DNA from: an uncultured Methylobacillus sp.
Lineage (GTDB): Bacteria > Pseudomonadota > Gammaproteobacteria > Burkholderiales > Methylophilaceae
DNA: 64,000 nucleotides
Assembly: GCA_964407135.1 (NCBI GenBank)
Contig: CAYOUI010000001.1
Location: 816-64,815, forward strand
Direction of reading: 5' to 3'
Shown: one piece after another, positions 10,571 to 20,624 of the stretch
Position numbering within the stretch: position 1 is the first letter of the stretch
How the letters are laid out: each line of letters opens with the position of its first letter
Position numbers and translations under genes: made by a program
The notes under the pieces: model-generated
Told to the model about the DNA's origin: nothing
Seen by the model: the letters and a program-made list of their open reading frames with translations, nothing else
Databases searched by the model: none

Positions 10571-11521
10571 TTAAAATTCTATAGACTCACTAAACTTATT
10601 ACAAGTAATTAATGGCACAGAGCCTACAGCCATAATTTGATAACCATTTTGGTAACGGGCACAAATATTATTAACGCCTAAATTTACTTGACCAATTTTA
10701 GGTTTTTGTCCTCGAGAAATTGGTTTTATAAATAAAGACACGTACGAAAGTCCATCTGAAAAAACTAGTTGATGGCTTAAAATATTTAAGCCTGATATAC
10801 GCTTCGAAATAAAGTCTACTTCTTTATAACCAGGTGGAACATTTTTAAGATTCCAAAATCTTTTTTTGGCAATACCTTGTCCAACAATTTTATCGTCAAA
10901 TATATAATTTTTTGAAGGGTCAACATCAGGTTTAAACCAATCTAAATTTTTATCTTTTGTCATATCTATCTTTGTGAAGGATGCTTGTTCTATTATATTT
11001 TCAGATTGATCTATCACTACCATTTTTAAAGGTAACAATGTTTTCTTATCAAGCCAAAAATAATGGAAATATCTAAAATCATCAATAGGCGTTAAAACAA
11101 CTAACTGAGCAAGTCTGCCAGCAATCCTTTCAGTTTTTCCAATGTTCAAACGATAGAAATTTTTTAATATTTCAATATTATTAGGAAAAATTGCTGGGAA
11201 TAAACGTTGCTGTTTTCGTTTTTGAATAATTACATCATTTTCAATTGTGTTGTAAACATAAATTGTTTTACCCTGTAATAGAACCTCGCCCGGCACTCCA
11301 TCTAAAACGTTCATCCTTATAAATTCTTGATTATTATTAGTTGCGTGAGTTATTTCTATTGATTTAATTTCTTTTAAATGCTGACTATGAAACACACCCT
11401 TATAATCTAAAAATTTAGTAGCTTTTGCTGCTTTATTAATTATTAACCAAGGATCTTCACTACTATAACTTGGATTTATAGATAGAAATAAAGAAAATAT
11501 TAAAAACAGCTTATATACCAT
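10571..11521 (-). CDS. rseB: Sigma-E regulatory protein RseB/MucB
   Basis: 316 aa with a signal peptide. The RIAGR...P.D..RY.HYFWLD..T.LPLK pattern resembles RseB. Positioned after rseA. Confidence 0.8.
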   Translation of the reverse strand: MVYKLFLIFSLFLSINPSYSSEDPWLIINKAAKATKFLDYKGVFHSQHLKEIKSIEITHATNNNQEFIRMNVLDGVPGEVLLQGKTIYVYNTIENDVIIQKRKQQRLFPAIFPNNIEILKNFYRLNIGKTERIAGRLAQLVVLTPIDDFRYFHYFWLDKKTLLPLKMVVIDQSENIIEQASFTKIDMTKDKNLDWFKPDVDPSKNYIFDDKIVGQGIAKKRFWNLKNVPPGYKEVDFISKRISGLNILSHQLVFSDGLSYVSLFIKPISRGQKPKIGQVNLGVNNICARYQNGYQIMAVGSVPLITCNKFSESIEF

Positions 11522-11524
11522 TTG

Positions 11525-11971
11525 TTACTTATTATAAGTTGTTTGTATAAAGAAGTTCACATTTGAAGAGGCGCTTGCATAATGATCATTTATAAGATCA
11601 CTTGGCACATCGGATTCTGCTAAAATTGCAGTCTCAGCAGTTTTAAATTCACTAAGATTAAGAGCTGTTATACCAACAACAAATAATGCTGCAAAAGAGG
11701 CAGCTATTGGCCAATAACTCAATTTTTTATCATTTGTAATTTCTCTTTGACTTGCAAAACCTCCCAATTGAGTTGGTTCTTTTTCAATAGCCGAAATAAT
11801 TTTTTTTGTTAAGTTATCAGACCCATAATAATTTTTTTGCATGACATCACGAATCAATTGATAATAAGTCCAATGATTTTTTTTATTTTTTTTGCTTGCA
11901 TGAATTAAGGTTTCATCTACCTCATAATTCTCTAATTCATTATCAAAAAGAGATGAGAGTTTATCGTTCAT
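11525..11971 (-). CDS. rseA: Anti-sigma-E factor RseA/MucA (short form)
   Basis: The N-terminus LSSLFDNELENYE...W.YYQLIRDVM resembles the RseA_N domain and there is a single central TM segment. At 148 aa it is shorter than E. coli RseA. Confidence 0.7.
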   Translation of the reverse strand: MNDKLSSLFDNELENYEVDETLIHASKKNKKNHWTYYQLIRDVMQKNYYGSDNLTKKIISAIEKEPTQLGGFASQREITNDKKLSYWPIAASFAALFVVGITALNLSEFKTAETAILAESDVPSDLINDHYASASSNVNFFIQTTYNK

Positions 11972-11989
11972 AATGGTTACTCCTTTAAA

Positions 11990-12682
11990 TTACCAACGTT
12001 TGTTTGTTGTTTCTATAAGTGGTTTTAATTTTTCTGCTATAGCTTCACGAGCTCTAAATATTCTTGATCTAACAGTGCCTATAGGGCAATTCATTAAATC
12101 AGAAATTTCCTCATAACTTAAACCTTCCATTTCTCTAAACTTGATAGCCTCTTTTAATTCGTCAGGAAGAGTTTCAATAGTTTGATTTACGGCAGCTACA
12201 ATCTCTTTACTCATCATAGAAGTTTCTGGGGTCTCAAGATTCCTTAAATCTTGCGCATCATCAAAATTTTCAATATCTTCTACTTCCACATCATTCATAG
12301 CCTTCGGTCTTTTGCCTAGCTTTACCAAATGATTTTTTGCAGTATTAATACCTATTCTGTAAAGCCATGTATAGAAGGCACTGTCTCCACGAAAATTATT
12401 AATAGCCCGGTAAGCTTTAATGAAAGAATCTTGCACAATATCTTCAATCTCAGATTGATCTCTTACCATTCTTGAGAGTAAACGAGTTAGCCTACGCTGG
12501 TATTTATCAACCAGCATAGCAAAAGCTTTCTTATCGCCTCTTTGTGATTTTTCTACTAACTTTTGATCAATAGCTCTATCTGGGTTTACTGGACGAGTTT
12601 CCATTACATTTTTTTCAACATTATGATTTTTTTTAACATTGTACACATGACTGTCGGTTGCTAAAACTTTTAATGTATTCAT
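11990..12682 (-). CDS. rpoE: ECF RNA polymerase sigma factor RpoE/AlgU
   Basis: Sigma-70 regions 2 and 4 are present (DQKLVEKSQRGDKKAFAMLVDKYQ..., YEEISDLMNCPIGTVRSRIFRAR). The start is ambiguous. ATG 12682 has a purine-rich GAAAGAG upstream, while ATG 12604 (M27) gives a canonical length of about 204 aa. Confidence 0.92.
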   Translation of the reverse strand: MNTLKVLATDSHVYNVKKNHNVEKNVMETRPVNPDRAIDQKLVEKSQRGDKKAFAMLVDKYQRRLTRLLSRMVRDQSEIEDIVQDSFIKAYRAINNFRGDSAFYTWLYRIGINTAKNHLVKLGKRPKAMNDVEVEDIENFDDAQDLRNLETPETSMMSKEIVAAVNQTIETLPDELKEAIKFREMEGLSYEEISDLMNCPIGTVRSRIFRAREAIAEKLKPLIETTNKRW

Positions 12683-12735
12683 ATAAGCTCTTTCTAAATA
12701 AATTTTATATTATTAAAACAAAATGGTTACAATAA

Positions 12736-12764
12736 CGAGACCTGTAAAATATATTTTAAGTTCC
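12736..12764 (-). promoter_or_regulatory. Sigma-E-type autoregulated promoter upstream of rpoE
   Basis: The minus strand reads GGAACTT-N17-TCTCG, against the consensus GGAACTT-N16-TCNAA/TCTGA. It lies in the rpoE/nadB divergent spacer. Confidence 0.5.
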
Positions 12765-12784
12765 TTAAATTTAAAAAAAAATTT

Positions 12785-14416
12785 ATGTTAAATTTTGAAG
12801 TTTTAATAATTGGCAGTGGCTTAGCTGGTCTGAGCACTGCTCTTAAATTAGCTGATCAAAAAACAGTTGCAATTATAAGTAAACGTAAGCTGATAGATAG
12901 TTCTAGCCATTGGGCTCAAGGAGGTATTGCTGCTGCAATATCAGATGATGATTCCCCGGAATCACACATTCAAGATACACAAATAGCGGGTGCTGGCTTA
13001 TGTGATCCAAATGTAACAAAGTTTGTTGCTGAAAATGGAAAAAAAGCTCTAAGTTGGCTCACAGAAACAGGAGTTAATTTCACTAAAGATCAAAAAAGTA
13101 AAAAATTACACCTAACACAAGAAGGTGGTCATTCTCATAGAAGAATTGCTCATGTGGCAGATACTACTGGCAGAGCTATTCAAGACCAACTTATTGAATC
13201 TGTTCTAGCACACCCAAATATTCATATTTTTGAAGATCACATTGCAGTTGATTTAATTACGTCAAAAAAAATAAATAAATTATCCAAAGATAATGTTTGC
13301 CTTGGTGCTTATATCCTAGAAAATAAAACAAATAAAGTTTTTACAATCAAATCTACAAATACAATTTTAGCTACAGGTGGTGCTAGCAAAGTTTACTTGT
13401 ATACAACAAATCCTGATGTAAGCACTGGTGATGGTTTAGCTATGGGATGGAGGGCTGGATGCAGAGTGGCTAATATGGAATTTGTTCAATTTCATCCCAC
13501 CTGTCTGCACCATTCAAAAGATACATCTTTCTTAATTTCCGAAGCCTTAAGAGGAGAAGGAGGTAAATTAACTCTGCCTGATGGTCAAGAATTTATGAAG
13601 CATTATGATAAAAGAGGTGACTTGGCTCCGAGAGATATAGTAGCTCGTGCTATTGATTTTGAAATGAAAAAAAGGGGGTTAGATTTTGTTTATCTAGATA
13701 TAACCAAAAAAACTAAATCATTCATACAAAAACGTTTTCCAATGATTTTTAAAAGATGTATTAATTTAGGTATTGATATTACTAAAGACCCAATTCCAGT
13801 TGTTCCTGCTGCTCATTATAATTGTGGTGGCCTAATTATTGATAAAAATGGTATGACGGATATTAATCAACTTTATGCAATAGGTGAAGTAGCTCATACT
13901 GGACTTCACGGAGCTAATCGTCTAGCCAGTAATTCACTTTTAGAGTGTCTGGTTTATTCTGACCTTGTTTCTGAAAATATTTTAAAAGATAAATTTAATC
14001 ATAATTATAATTTACCAAAATGGGATGAAAGTAGAGTTACTGATGCAGATGAAGAAATTTTAATTACTCATACTTGGAATGAACTAAGAAGATTTATGTG
14101 GAATTTTGTCGGCATTGTTAGAACTAATAAAAGACTTTCAAGAGCCTTACACAGAATTAATATGCTAAGAGATGAAGTTCATGAGTTTTATACAAATTTT
14201 AAAATATCTGCAAATCTAATTGAGCTCAGAAACTTATTACAAGTAGCAGAATTAATTGTAATTTCAGCTATAAATAGAAAAGAAAGTAGAGGTTTACATT
14301 ATAGTCGTGATTATCCAAAAACATCAAAAAATGCTAAATCTACAATTTTGATTCCCGATAATTATAAAGATAAGCATAATTTATCTACAAAAAAAAAGTT
14401 AAGGTCAAATCAATAA
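12785..14416 (+). CDS. nadB: L-aspartate oxidase
   Basis: 543 aa with an FAD dinucleotide fold (VLIIGSGLAGLS) and succinate-dehydrogenase/fumarate-reductase-like flavoprotein motifs. Divergent from rpoE, as in E. coli. Confidence 0.93.
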   Translation: MLNFEVLIIGSGLAGLSTALKLADQKTVAIISKRKLIDSSSHWAQGGIAAAISDDDSPESHIQDTQIAGAGLCDPNVTKFVAENGKKALSWLTETGVNFTKDQKSKKLHLTQEGGHSHRRIAHVADTTGRAIQDQLIESVLAHPNIHIFEDHIAVDLITSKKINKLSKDNVCLGAYILENKTNKVFTIKSTNTILATGGASKVYLYTTNPDVSTGDGLAMGWRAGCRVANMEFVQFHPTCLHHSKDTSFLISEALRGEGGKLTLPDGQEFMKHYDKRGDLAPRDIVARAIDFEMKKRGLDFVYLDITKKTKSFIQKRFPMIFKRCINLGIDITKDPIPVVPAAHYNCGGLIIDKNGMTDINQLYAIGEVAHTGLHGANRLASNSLLECLVYSDLVSENILKDKFNHNYNLPKWDESRVTDADEEILITHTWNELRRFMWNFVGIVRTNKRLSRALHRINMLRDEVHEFYTNFKISANLIELRNLLQVAELIVISAINRKESRGLHYSRDYPKTSKNAKSTILIPDNYKDKHNLSTKKKLRSNQ

Positions 14417-14457
14417 GTTAGAATACAAAATCAATTACTTTAAGAAGGTTTCAAAAT

Positions 14458-14937
14458 ATGCAAATTGCAATGAATACGGTTGTAACTTTGACTTACGAAT
14501 TAAAAGATGCCGATGGGAAAATTTTAGAGTCTGGAACAGACCCAATTGTATATCTTCACGGTGGCTATGATAATATTTTTCCAAAAGTAGAAGAAGCTAT
14601 ACACGGGAAAAAAATTGGTGATACTTTAGAATTAGGTCTTGAGCCAGCGGATGCTTTTGGTGAATATGATGCTGAATTAGTTCAAGTTGAACCTAAAAGT
14701 GCATTTCCAGAAACAGAACTCAAAGTAGGTATGCAATTTGAAGGTGATGATAATTCAGGTGAAATTATAGTCTACACGGTGACAGATATTGCTAAAGATA
14801 AAGTAGTGGTTGATGGAAATCATCCTTGGGCTGGTCAAAAAATAATTTTTACAGCTAAAATAAAAGATGTTCGGTTAGCAAATGATGAGGAAGTAAATCA
14901 TAAGCATGTTGATGATAGAAAAACTAAGAGTCACTAA
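14458..14937 (+). CDS. slyD: FKBP-type peptidyl-prolyl cis-trans isomerase SlyD
   Basis: 159 aa resembling the SlyD FKBP plus insert-in-flap architecture (VVTLTYELKD...YLHGGYDNIFP...). It has only a short His-containing tail. Confidence 0.85.
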   Translation: MQIAMNTVVTLTYELKDADGKILESGTDPIVYLHGGYDNIFPKVEEAIHGKKIGDTLELGLEPADAFGEYDAELVQVEPKSAFPETELKVGMQFEGDDNSGEIIVYTVTDIAKDKVVVDGNHPWAGQKIIFTAKIKDVRLANDEEVNHKHVDDRKTKSH

Positions 14938-14950
14938 AAAGGTATTTAGC

Positions 14951-15745
14951 CTAAAATAAATTATCAGTTATGTGTGACTGTATTATTTTTATTAAAGGTG
15001 AATAAATCTTAGGGTTGGCTGCCACAATATTTCCAGATTCTAACCATCCGTCTTTCTCGGAAAAATCACTAACAATTCCTCCTGCTTCCCTTACTAAAAG
15101 ACCTCCAGCAGCTATATCCCATTTTGATAAATTTATTTCAAAAAATCCATCAAACCACCCTGCTGCAACATAAGCCAAATCTAAAGCTGCTGATCCAGGC
15201 CTCCTAATACCTGAAGTTCCTCTTACTAATTCTTCAAAAATTTTAAGGTAGGTAGGTAGGTGTTGAAAATCTCTAAATGGAAATCCAGTTCCTAAAATAG
15301 ATTCTTTTAATTTAGATTTAGTTGAAACTCTAATTCTTCTCTGATTTAAATAAGCTCCTTGACCTTTTGATGCTGTAAATAAATCATTTCTATTGGGGTC
15401 ATAAATGACAGCTTGAGTAATTTCTCCTTTTTGCTCAAGAGCAATAGAAACACAATATTGTGGGAACCCATGCAAAAAATTAGTAGTGCCGTCTAGAGGG
15501 TCGATAATCCATATATTATCTGACTCATTGCTAAGTCCAGATTCTTCACCTAAAAAAGCATGATCTGGATAAGCTGCTTTCAAAATTCTGATGATCTCAT
15601 TTTCAGATGCCAAATCAACTTCACTGACAAAATCATTAAAGCCTTTATCATTAATTGTCAAAGAGCCTAAATCTTCTGAAGATCGTAAAATAATTGAGCC
15701 AGCTTGTCGAGCAGCTTTTATTGCAATATTTAATGTTGGATGCAT
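14951..15745 (-). CDS. suhB: Inositol-1-monophosphatase family protein SuhB
   Basis: Carries the IMPase motifs FLGEE and [12 protein letters not shown]. Divergent from trmJ, as in E. coli. Confidence 0.9.
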   Translation of the reverse strand: MHPTLNIAIKAARQAGSIILRSSEDLGSLTINDKGFNDFVSEVDLASENEIIRILKAAYPDHAFLGEESGLSNESDNIWIIDPLDGTTNFLHGFPQYCVSIALEQKGEITQAVIYDPNRNDLFTASKGQGAYLNQRRIRVSTKSKLKESILGTGFPFRDFQHLPTYLKIFEELVRGTSGIRRPGSAALDLAYVAAGWFDGFFEINLSKWDIAAGGLLVREAGGIVSDFSEKDGWLESGNIVAANPKIYSPLIKIIQSHITDNLF

Positions 15746-15816
15746 AAGAAACCTAAAAAATTAATTGGATTATTTTTGCTTGGGCTTGTTAAAATAACAT
15801 TTTACAGAGAAATTAG

Positions 15817-16557
15817 ATGTCAACCAAATCAAATCTTTTAAAACAATTTAGAATTGTACTATGTGAAACTAGTCATGCAGGAAACATAGGGTCTGTAGCA
15901 AGAGCAATGAAAACGATGGGTTTCACTAATTTATATCTAGTAAATCCAAAAAATTTTCCCAACAAACAAGCACAAGCTTTAGCGTGTGGGGCAGAAGATA
16001 TTCTCCAAAAAGCAACTTTAGTGAACTCAATAGAAGCGGCATTACAAAATGTGCATCATGTTGTTGGATTTACAACACGCAAAAGAGAATTAACCCAACC
16101 CCATAAAAATGTACGTGAATTATCTAAACAACTCTTCAATGAGGCTAAAAATAATAAAATTGCTGTCATATTTGGTAATGAAACGAATGGGTTATCAAAC
16201 TTGGAGCTCCAACATTGTAAAACTCTTGGATTTATTGATGCAAACTCAAAATATAGTTCACTTAACTTAGCCCAGGCAGTCCAAATAGTCTGCCACGAAA
16301 TAAGAATGATGAGCGAATTTCCAGATAATAATAAAATTCTAAAAACAACAAACAAAAAATATGTTTCATATGATTTGCAAAACGGTTTTTATAATCATCT
16401 TCGCGAAATTTTAGATCAGATAGGATTTTTAAAAAAAATTCAAGCGGACCGTTTAATGACAAGATTAAGACTTTTGTTTAATAGAACCCAAATGGAAAAA
16501 GAGGAAATAAATATCTTACGAGGCATATTATCTGCTATTCAAAAAAATTTAAAATAA
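15817..16557 (+). CDS. trmJ: tRNA (cytidine/uridine-2'-O)-methyltransferase TrmJ
   Basis: SpoU/TrmH motifs (GNIGSVARAMKTMGF, IFGNETNGLS, NLAQAVQIV). Sits upstream of the isc cluster. Confidence 0.85.
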   Translation: MSTKSNLLKQFRIVLCETSHAGNIGSVARAMKTMGFTNLYLVNPKNFPNKQAQALACGAEDILQKATLVNSIEAALQNVHHVVGFTTRKRELTQPHKNVRELSKQLFNEAKNNKIAVIFGNETNGLSNLELQHCKTLGFIDANSKYSSLNLAQAVQIVCHEIRMMSEFPDNNKILKTTNKKYVSYDLQNGFYNHLREILDQIGFLKKIQADRLMTRLRLLFNRTQMEKEEINILRGILSAIQKNLK

Positions 16558-16631
16558 CTTTGATATTACTTTAATAACGAAGTTTTAAATTTCGTGAGAT
16601 AATGCTCGAATAAATATTTAGAAAATTAATT

Positions 16632-17300
16632 ATGTTCGAAAAATTTAAACAAGATTTATCAATTGTTTTTGAAAGAGATCCAGCAGCAAGGTCTTATTTA
16701 GAAATTCTGACAACCTATCCTGGAGTACACGCAATTTTATTCCATAGAGTTGCTCATAAAATATGGAAAATAAAGCTTTTTTGGTTGGGTCGCTTAATAT
16801 CGCATATTTCTCGGCTTCTTACTGGTATTGAAATTCACCCAGGTGCAGTAATTGGTTCGCGTTTTTTTATTGATCATGGAATGGGCGTTGTTATAGGTGA
16901 AACGAGTGTTATTGGGAATGATTGTACCCTTTACCATGGAGTTACGCTTGGCGGCACTTCTTGGAAACAAGGTAAACGTCATCCAACACTGGAAAATAAG
17001 GTAGTTGTGGGTGCAGGAGCAAAAATACTTGGTCCGATTACAATTGGATCAGGAGCAAAAATTGGATCAAATGCAGTAGTTGTAAAAGATATCCCAAAAA
17101 ATGTGGTTGCTGTTGGAATCCCAGCACGAATAGTTCAAGATTCAGAAAATAAAGCAAATGCATTTAGACCTTATGCAGTAGGTAAGGAAGAAACGGATCC
17201 GATGATAAAGTCAATCCAAACTCTTATGAAAAAAGTTGATAAGCAAGAAAAAATGATTTCAGATCTTGAAAACACACTTGCTGATATTTCAAAAAAATAA
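16632..17300 (+). CDS. cysE: Serine O-acetyltransferase
   Basis: Has the N-terminal [16 protein letters not shown] motif and left-handed beta-helix hexapeptide repeats (IHPGAVIG..., VIGETSVIG..., [10 protein letters not shown]...). Confidence 0.9.
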   Translation: MFEKFKQDLSIVFERDPAARSYLEILTTYPGVHAILFHRVAHKIWKIKLFWLGRLISHISRLLTGIEIHPGAVIGSRFFIDHGMGVVIGETSVIGNDCTLYHGVTLGGTSWKQGKRHPTLENKVVVGAGAKILGPITIGSGAKIGSNAVVVKDIPKNVVAVGIPARIVQDSENKANAFRPYAVGKEETDPMIKSIQTLMKKVDKQEKMISDLENTLADISKK

Positions 17301-17322
17301 AACACTCTCAAAGAGAATCATA

Positions 17323-17347
17323 ATAGTTGATAAAATCAGTCAAGTAT
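17323..17347 (+). promoter_or_regulatory. IscR type-1 binding site upstream of iscR
   Basis: ATAGTTGATAAAATCAGTCAAGTAT matches ATASYYGACTRWWWYAGTCRRSTAT at 23 of 25 positions. It ends 14 nt before the iscR ATG and is followed by a TATAAA -10-like element. Confidence 0.65.
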
Positions 17348-17361
17348 TATAAAATATCTCT

Positions 17362-17841
17362 ATGAAATTAACTACTAAAGGTCGTTTTGCTGTAACTGCA
17401 GTATTGGATTTAGCTCTTAATGAGTCTAATAATCCAGTGTCGCTTTCAGATATTAGTAAAAGGCAATCAATATCATTATCTTACTTGGAGCAACTTTTTA
17501 GCCGAATGAGGCGTGTTGGTTTAGTGAAAAGTATTCGTGGGCCGGGTGGCGGTTACAAAACAGCCATTGACCATAACACCCTAACTGTTAAAGATATTAT
17601 TACATCCGTTGAAGAACAAATAGATGCAACCCAATGTGGAGGAAATGAAAATTGCCACGAGGGTGGTCGTTGTATAACTCATAATTTATGGGCTTCTCTT
17701 AATCACAAAATTTTAGACTATTTAGAGAGCCTCACGTTAGCTCAATTAATTGATGAACAAAAAAATAAAACTGATGAGCATTCGATTTATTTTGCTCCAA
17801 AAAAAATTAATATGAACAAAGATAAACTGGAGGCAGTTTAA
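17362..17841 (+). CDS. iscR: Fe-S cluster assembly transcriptional regulator IscR (Rrf2 family)
   Basis: MKLTTKGRFAVTAVLDLA winged-helix N-terminus and a three-Cys cluster-ligand region (CGGNENCHEGGRCITH). First gene of the isc cluster. Confidence 0.9.
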   Translation: MKLTTKGRFAVTAVLDLALNESNNPVSLSDISKRQSISLSYLEQLFSRMRRVGLVKSIRGPGGGYKTAIDHNTLTVKDIITSVEEQIDATQCGGNENCHEGGRCITHNLWASLNHKILDYLESLTLAQLIDEQKNKTDEHSIYFAPKKINMNKDKLEAV

Positions 17842-18981
17842 ATGATTTACTTTGATCATAATGCAACTACAACCGTCCATCCTGAGGTATTAGATGAAAT
17901 GATGCCTTTTTTAAATACTCAACAAGGAAATCCTTCATCAAGTCATAGTTATGGAAGAAATGTTCAAACGGCTATCGAAGAAGCTAGAGAGAGAGTAGCT
18001 AACTCTGTAAACGCTCATCCATCTCAAGTTATTTTTACCTCAAGTGGGACTGAGTCCAACAATACAATTATTCATGGAATATCACGATCTTATCCCAACA
18101 GTTTTTTTAGTTATAGCGCAATAGAGCATCCATGTATCAGTGAACCAATTAAATCTATTGAGCCTTTTGGTTTCAAAAATATCAAGATACCAGTTGATAA
18201 TCAAGGCTTATTAAATCTGTCAAAATTAACTAAAGAAGATATAAATAATATTACATTCCTCTCTGTCATGATGGCTAACAATGAAACAGGAGTTATTCAA
18301 GATCTTGCCGCTATCTCAAAATGGGCAAAATCGAATAATATTCAAATACATACAGATGCTGTCCAAGCGATTGGTAAAATTAATGTTGATTTCGAAGAAT
18401 TAGAAATTGACGCTATGACCATTTCAAGCCATAAAATTTATGGGCCACAAGGTGCAGCAGCACTTATATTGAATAAAAAAATAGATTTGTTTCCACATCT
18501 AACAGGTGGGGGCCAAGAAAAAGGTTTGCGAAGTGGAACTGAAAATATTGCTGCCATAGTTGGTTTTGGTAAAGCATGTGAACGAGTTCAAAAAAATGTT
18601 GTCACTATTAATGATGAAGTTAAAAAATATCGTGCACTGCTTGAAAAAGAGTTAAAAAATTTAGGTGCTATTGTTTTTTCAGATCAAACTAAAAGATTAG
18701 CTAACACTACCTTTTTTGCATTTAAGAATATTGATGGATCTACTTTGCTTACTGCGCTTGATAGAAAAGGTTTTGCAATTGCAAGTGGCTCTGCTTGCTC
18801 AAGTAATAGCTCTGAACCAAGTCATGTTTTACTGGCAATGGGGATTGATGAAGAGCTAGCGCAAGGAGCATTAAGGGTTAGTTTAGGAGTTAAAACAAGA
18901 AAAGATGATATTAATAGCTTTGTAGAAGCTTTAAAGATTGAAGTAAATAGATTAAAACAACTAACTGCTATGGCAGCATAA
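17842..18981 (+). CDS. NifS-like class I cysteine desulfurase (short IscS paralogue)
   Basis: 379 aa with the PLP-lysine context SSHKIYGP and the catalytic Cys loop SGSACSS. It lacks the C-terminal tail present in the adjacent IscS. Its start is fused to the iscR stop (TAAATG). Confidence 0.85.
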   Translation: MIYFDHNATTTVHPEVLDEMMPFLNTQQGNPSSSHSYGRNVQTAIEEARERVANSVNAHPSQVIFTSSGTESNNTIIHGISRSYPNSFFSYSAIEHPCISEPIKSIEPFGFKNIKIPVDNQGLLNLSKLTKEDINNITFLSVMMANNETGVIQDLAAISKWAKSNNIQIHTDAVQAIGKINVDFEELEIDAMTISSHKIYGPQGAAALILNKKIDLFPHLTGGGQEKGLRSGTENIAAIVGFGKACERVQKNVVTINDEVKKYRALLEKELKNLGAIVFSDQTKRLANTTFFAFKNIDGSTLLTALDRKGFAIASGSACSSNSSEPSHVLLAMGIDEELAQGALRVSLGVKTRKDDINSFVEALKIEVNRLKQLTAMAA

Positions 18982-18998
18982 TAAAGGTAAAAGAAATT

Positions 18999-20222
18999 AT
19001 GAAAAATGATGCGAACACAATGCCAATTTATATGGATTACTCTGCTACAACACCTGTCGACCCTCGTGTTGCAGAAAAAATGATTCCATTTATTACTGAA
19101 AGTTATGGTAATCCTGCTTCCAGAAGTCATCCATACGGCTGGACGGCAGAAAAAGCAGTTGAAAATGCTAGAAAAGAAGTTGCAAAATTAGTTAATGCGG
19201 ACCCCAGAGAAATTATTTGGACATCAGGCGCTACTGAATCAAATAATTTAGCCATTAAGGGGGCTAGTAATTTTTACTCCTCAAAAGGCAAACACATCAT
19301 TAGTCTTGCAACAGAACATAAAGCAGTTATTGACGCTGTAAGAGAAATGGAACGTTTGGGTTATGAAACAACCTTACTTGAACCAGAACCTGACGGTTTG
19401 ATAGATTTAAACAAATTTAAAGATGCAATTAGGCCAGATACAGTTCTTGCTTCGGTAATGTTAGTGAATAATGAAATTGGAGTAATTCAAGATATTGAGG
19501 CTTTAGGCAATCTATGCAGACAAGAAAAAGTTATTTTTCATGTAGACGCAGCTCAAGCTACCGGTAAAGTAGAAATTGACTTAGAAAAATTACCAGTTGA
19601 TCTCATGAGCTTTTCAGCGCATAAAACATATGGTCCAAAGGGTATAGGTGCTTTATATGTCAGACGCAAACCCCGTATTAGAATTGAAGCACAAATGCAT
19701 GGCGGTGGGCATGAAAGAGGCATGCGTTCTGGTACTCTCGCGACACATCAAATTGTTGGGATGGGAGAAGCATTTAGAATCGCCAGAGAAGAAATGAAAA
19801 TAGAAAATGCCAGAATTAAAAAATTACAATTACGCTTATTATCTGGCTTAACTGAGATTGAAGAAACTTATATCAATGGAGATATCGATAAAAGAGTTCC
19901 ACACAATCTCAATATTAGTTTTAACTACGTTGAAGGCGAGTCTCTTATTATGGCAATTAAAGGTATTGCTGTTTCAAGTGGATCAGCCTGTACCTCAGCT
20001 AGTCTTGAACCAAGTTATGTATTAAGAGCGCTTGGAAGATCAGATGAATTAGCACATAGCTCAATCAGGTTTTCAATTGGACGTTTTACTAAAGAATCAG
20101 ATATTGATTACACAATAGAGCTTTTAAAAGAAAAAATAGGTAAACTCAGAGAGTTATCCCCTCTTTGGGAGATGTATCAAGATGGTATAGATTTAGAAAA
20201 AGTAGAATGGGCAGAACATTAA
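18999..20222 (+). CDS. iscS: Cysteine desulfurase IscS
   Basis: 407 aa and nearly colinear with E. coli IscS ([72 protein letters not shown]). Confidence 0.96.
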   Translation: MKNDANTMPIYMDYSATTPVDPRVAEKMIPFITESYGNPASRSHPYGWTAEKAVENARKEVAKLVNADPREIIWTSGATESNNLAIKGASNFYSSKGKHIISLATEHKAVIDAVREMERLGYETTLLEPEPDGLIDLNKFKDAIRPDTVLASVMLVNNEIGVIQDIEALGNLCRQEKVIFHVDAAQATGKVEIDLEKLPVDLMSFSAHKTYGPKGIGALYVRRKPRIRIEAQMHGGGHERGMRSGTLATHQIVGMGEAFRIAREEMKIENARIKKLQLRLLSGLTEIEETYINGDIDKRVPHNLNISFNYVEGESLIMAIKGIAVSSGSACTSASLEPSYVLRALGRSDELAHSSIRFSIGRFTKESDIDYTIELLKEKIGKLRELSPLWEMYQDGIDLEKVEWAEH

Positions 20223-20243
20223 AATTTTTAGGAGAAATTTAAT

Positions 20244-20624
20244 ATGGCTTACAGCGATAAAGTACTAGATCATTACGAGAATCCAAGAAATGTTGGCTCT
20301 TTTGATAAAGAAGATCCAACAGTGGGAACTGGAATGGTTGGCGCTCCTGCTTGTGGTGATGTTATGAAACTACAAATTAAAGTAGGTGAAAATGGCAAAA
20401 TTGAAGATGCAAAATTTAAAACTTATGGATGCGGATCTGCAATTGCATCTAGCTCTCTTGTGACTGAATGGCTGAAAGGTAAATCATTAGATGAAGCAGG
20501 TGAAATTAAAAACTCAGCAATTGCTGAAGAATTAGCCTTGCCTCCAGTTAAGATTCATTGTTCAGTTTTAGCTGAGGATGCAATTAAAGCAGCAGTTGCT
20601 GATATCAAAGCTAAGAAAAAATAA
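20244..20624 (+). CDS. iscU: Fe-S cluster scaffold IscU
   Basis: 126 aa with [13 protein letters not shown], the LPPVK motif and conserved Cys residues. Confidence 0.96.
   Translation: MAYSDKVLDHYENPRNVGSFDKEDPTVGTGMVGAPACGDVMKLQIKVGENGKIEDAKFKTYGCGSAIASSSLVTEWLKGKSLDEAGEIKNSAIAEELALPPVKIHCSVLAEDAIKAAVADIKAKKK

Noticed and set aside
12741-12757. Perfect AT-only palindrome TAAAATATATTTTA in the rpoE/nadB spacer
   Set aside because: It is composed solely of A/T in an AT-rich spacer and coincides with the spacer of the putative sigma-E promoter. I have no basis for assigning it a separate function.
16577-16595. Hairpin ACGAAGTT-TTA-AATTTCGT in the trmJ-cysE spacer as a terminator
   Set aside because: The stem is AT-rich and weak, with a G-U pair, and no U-tract follows it.
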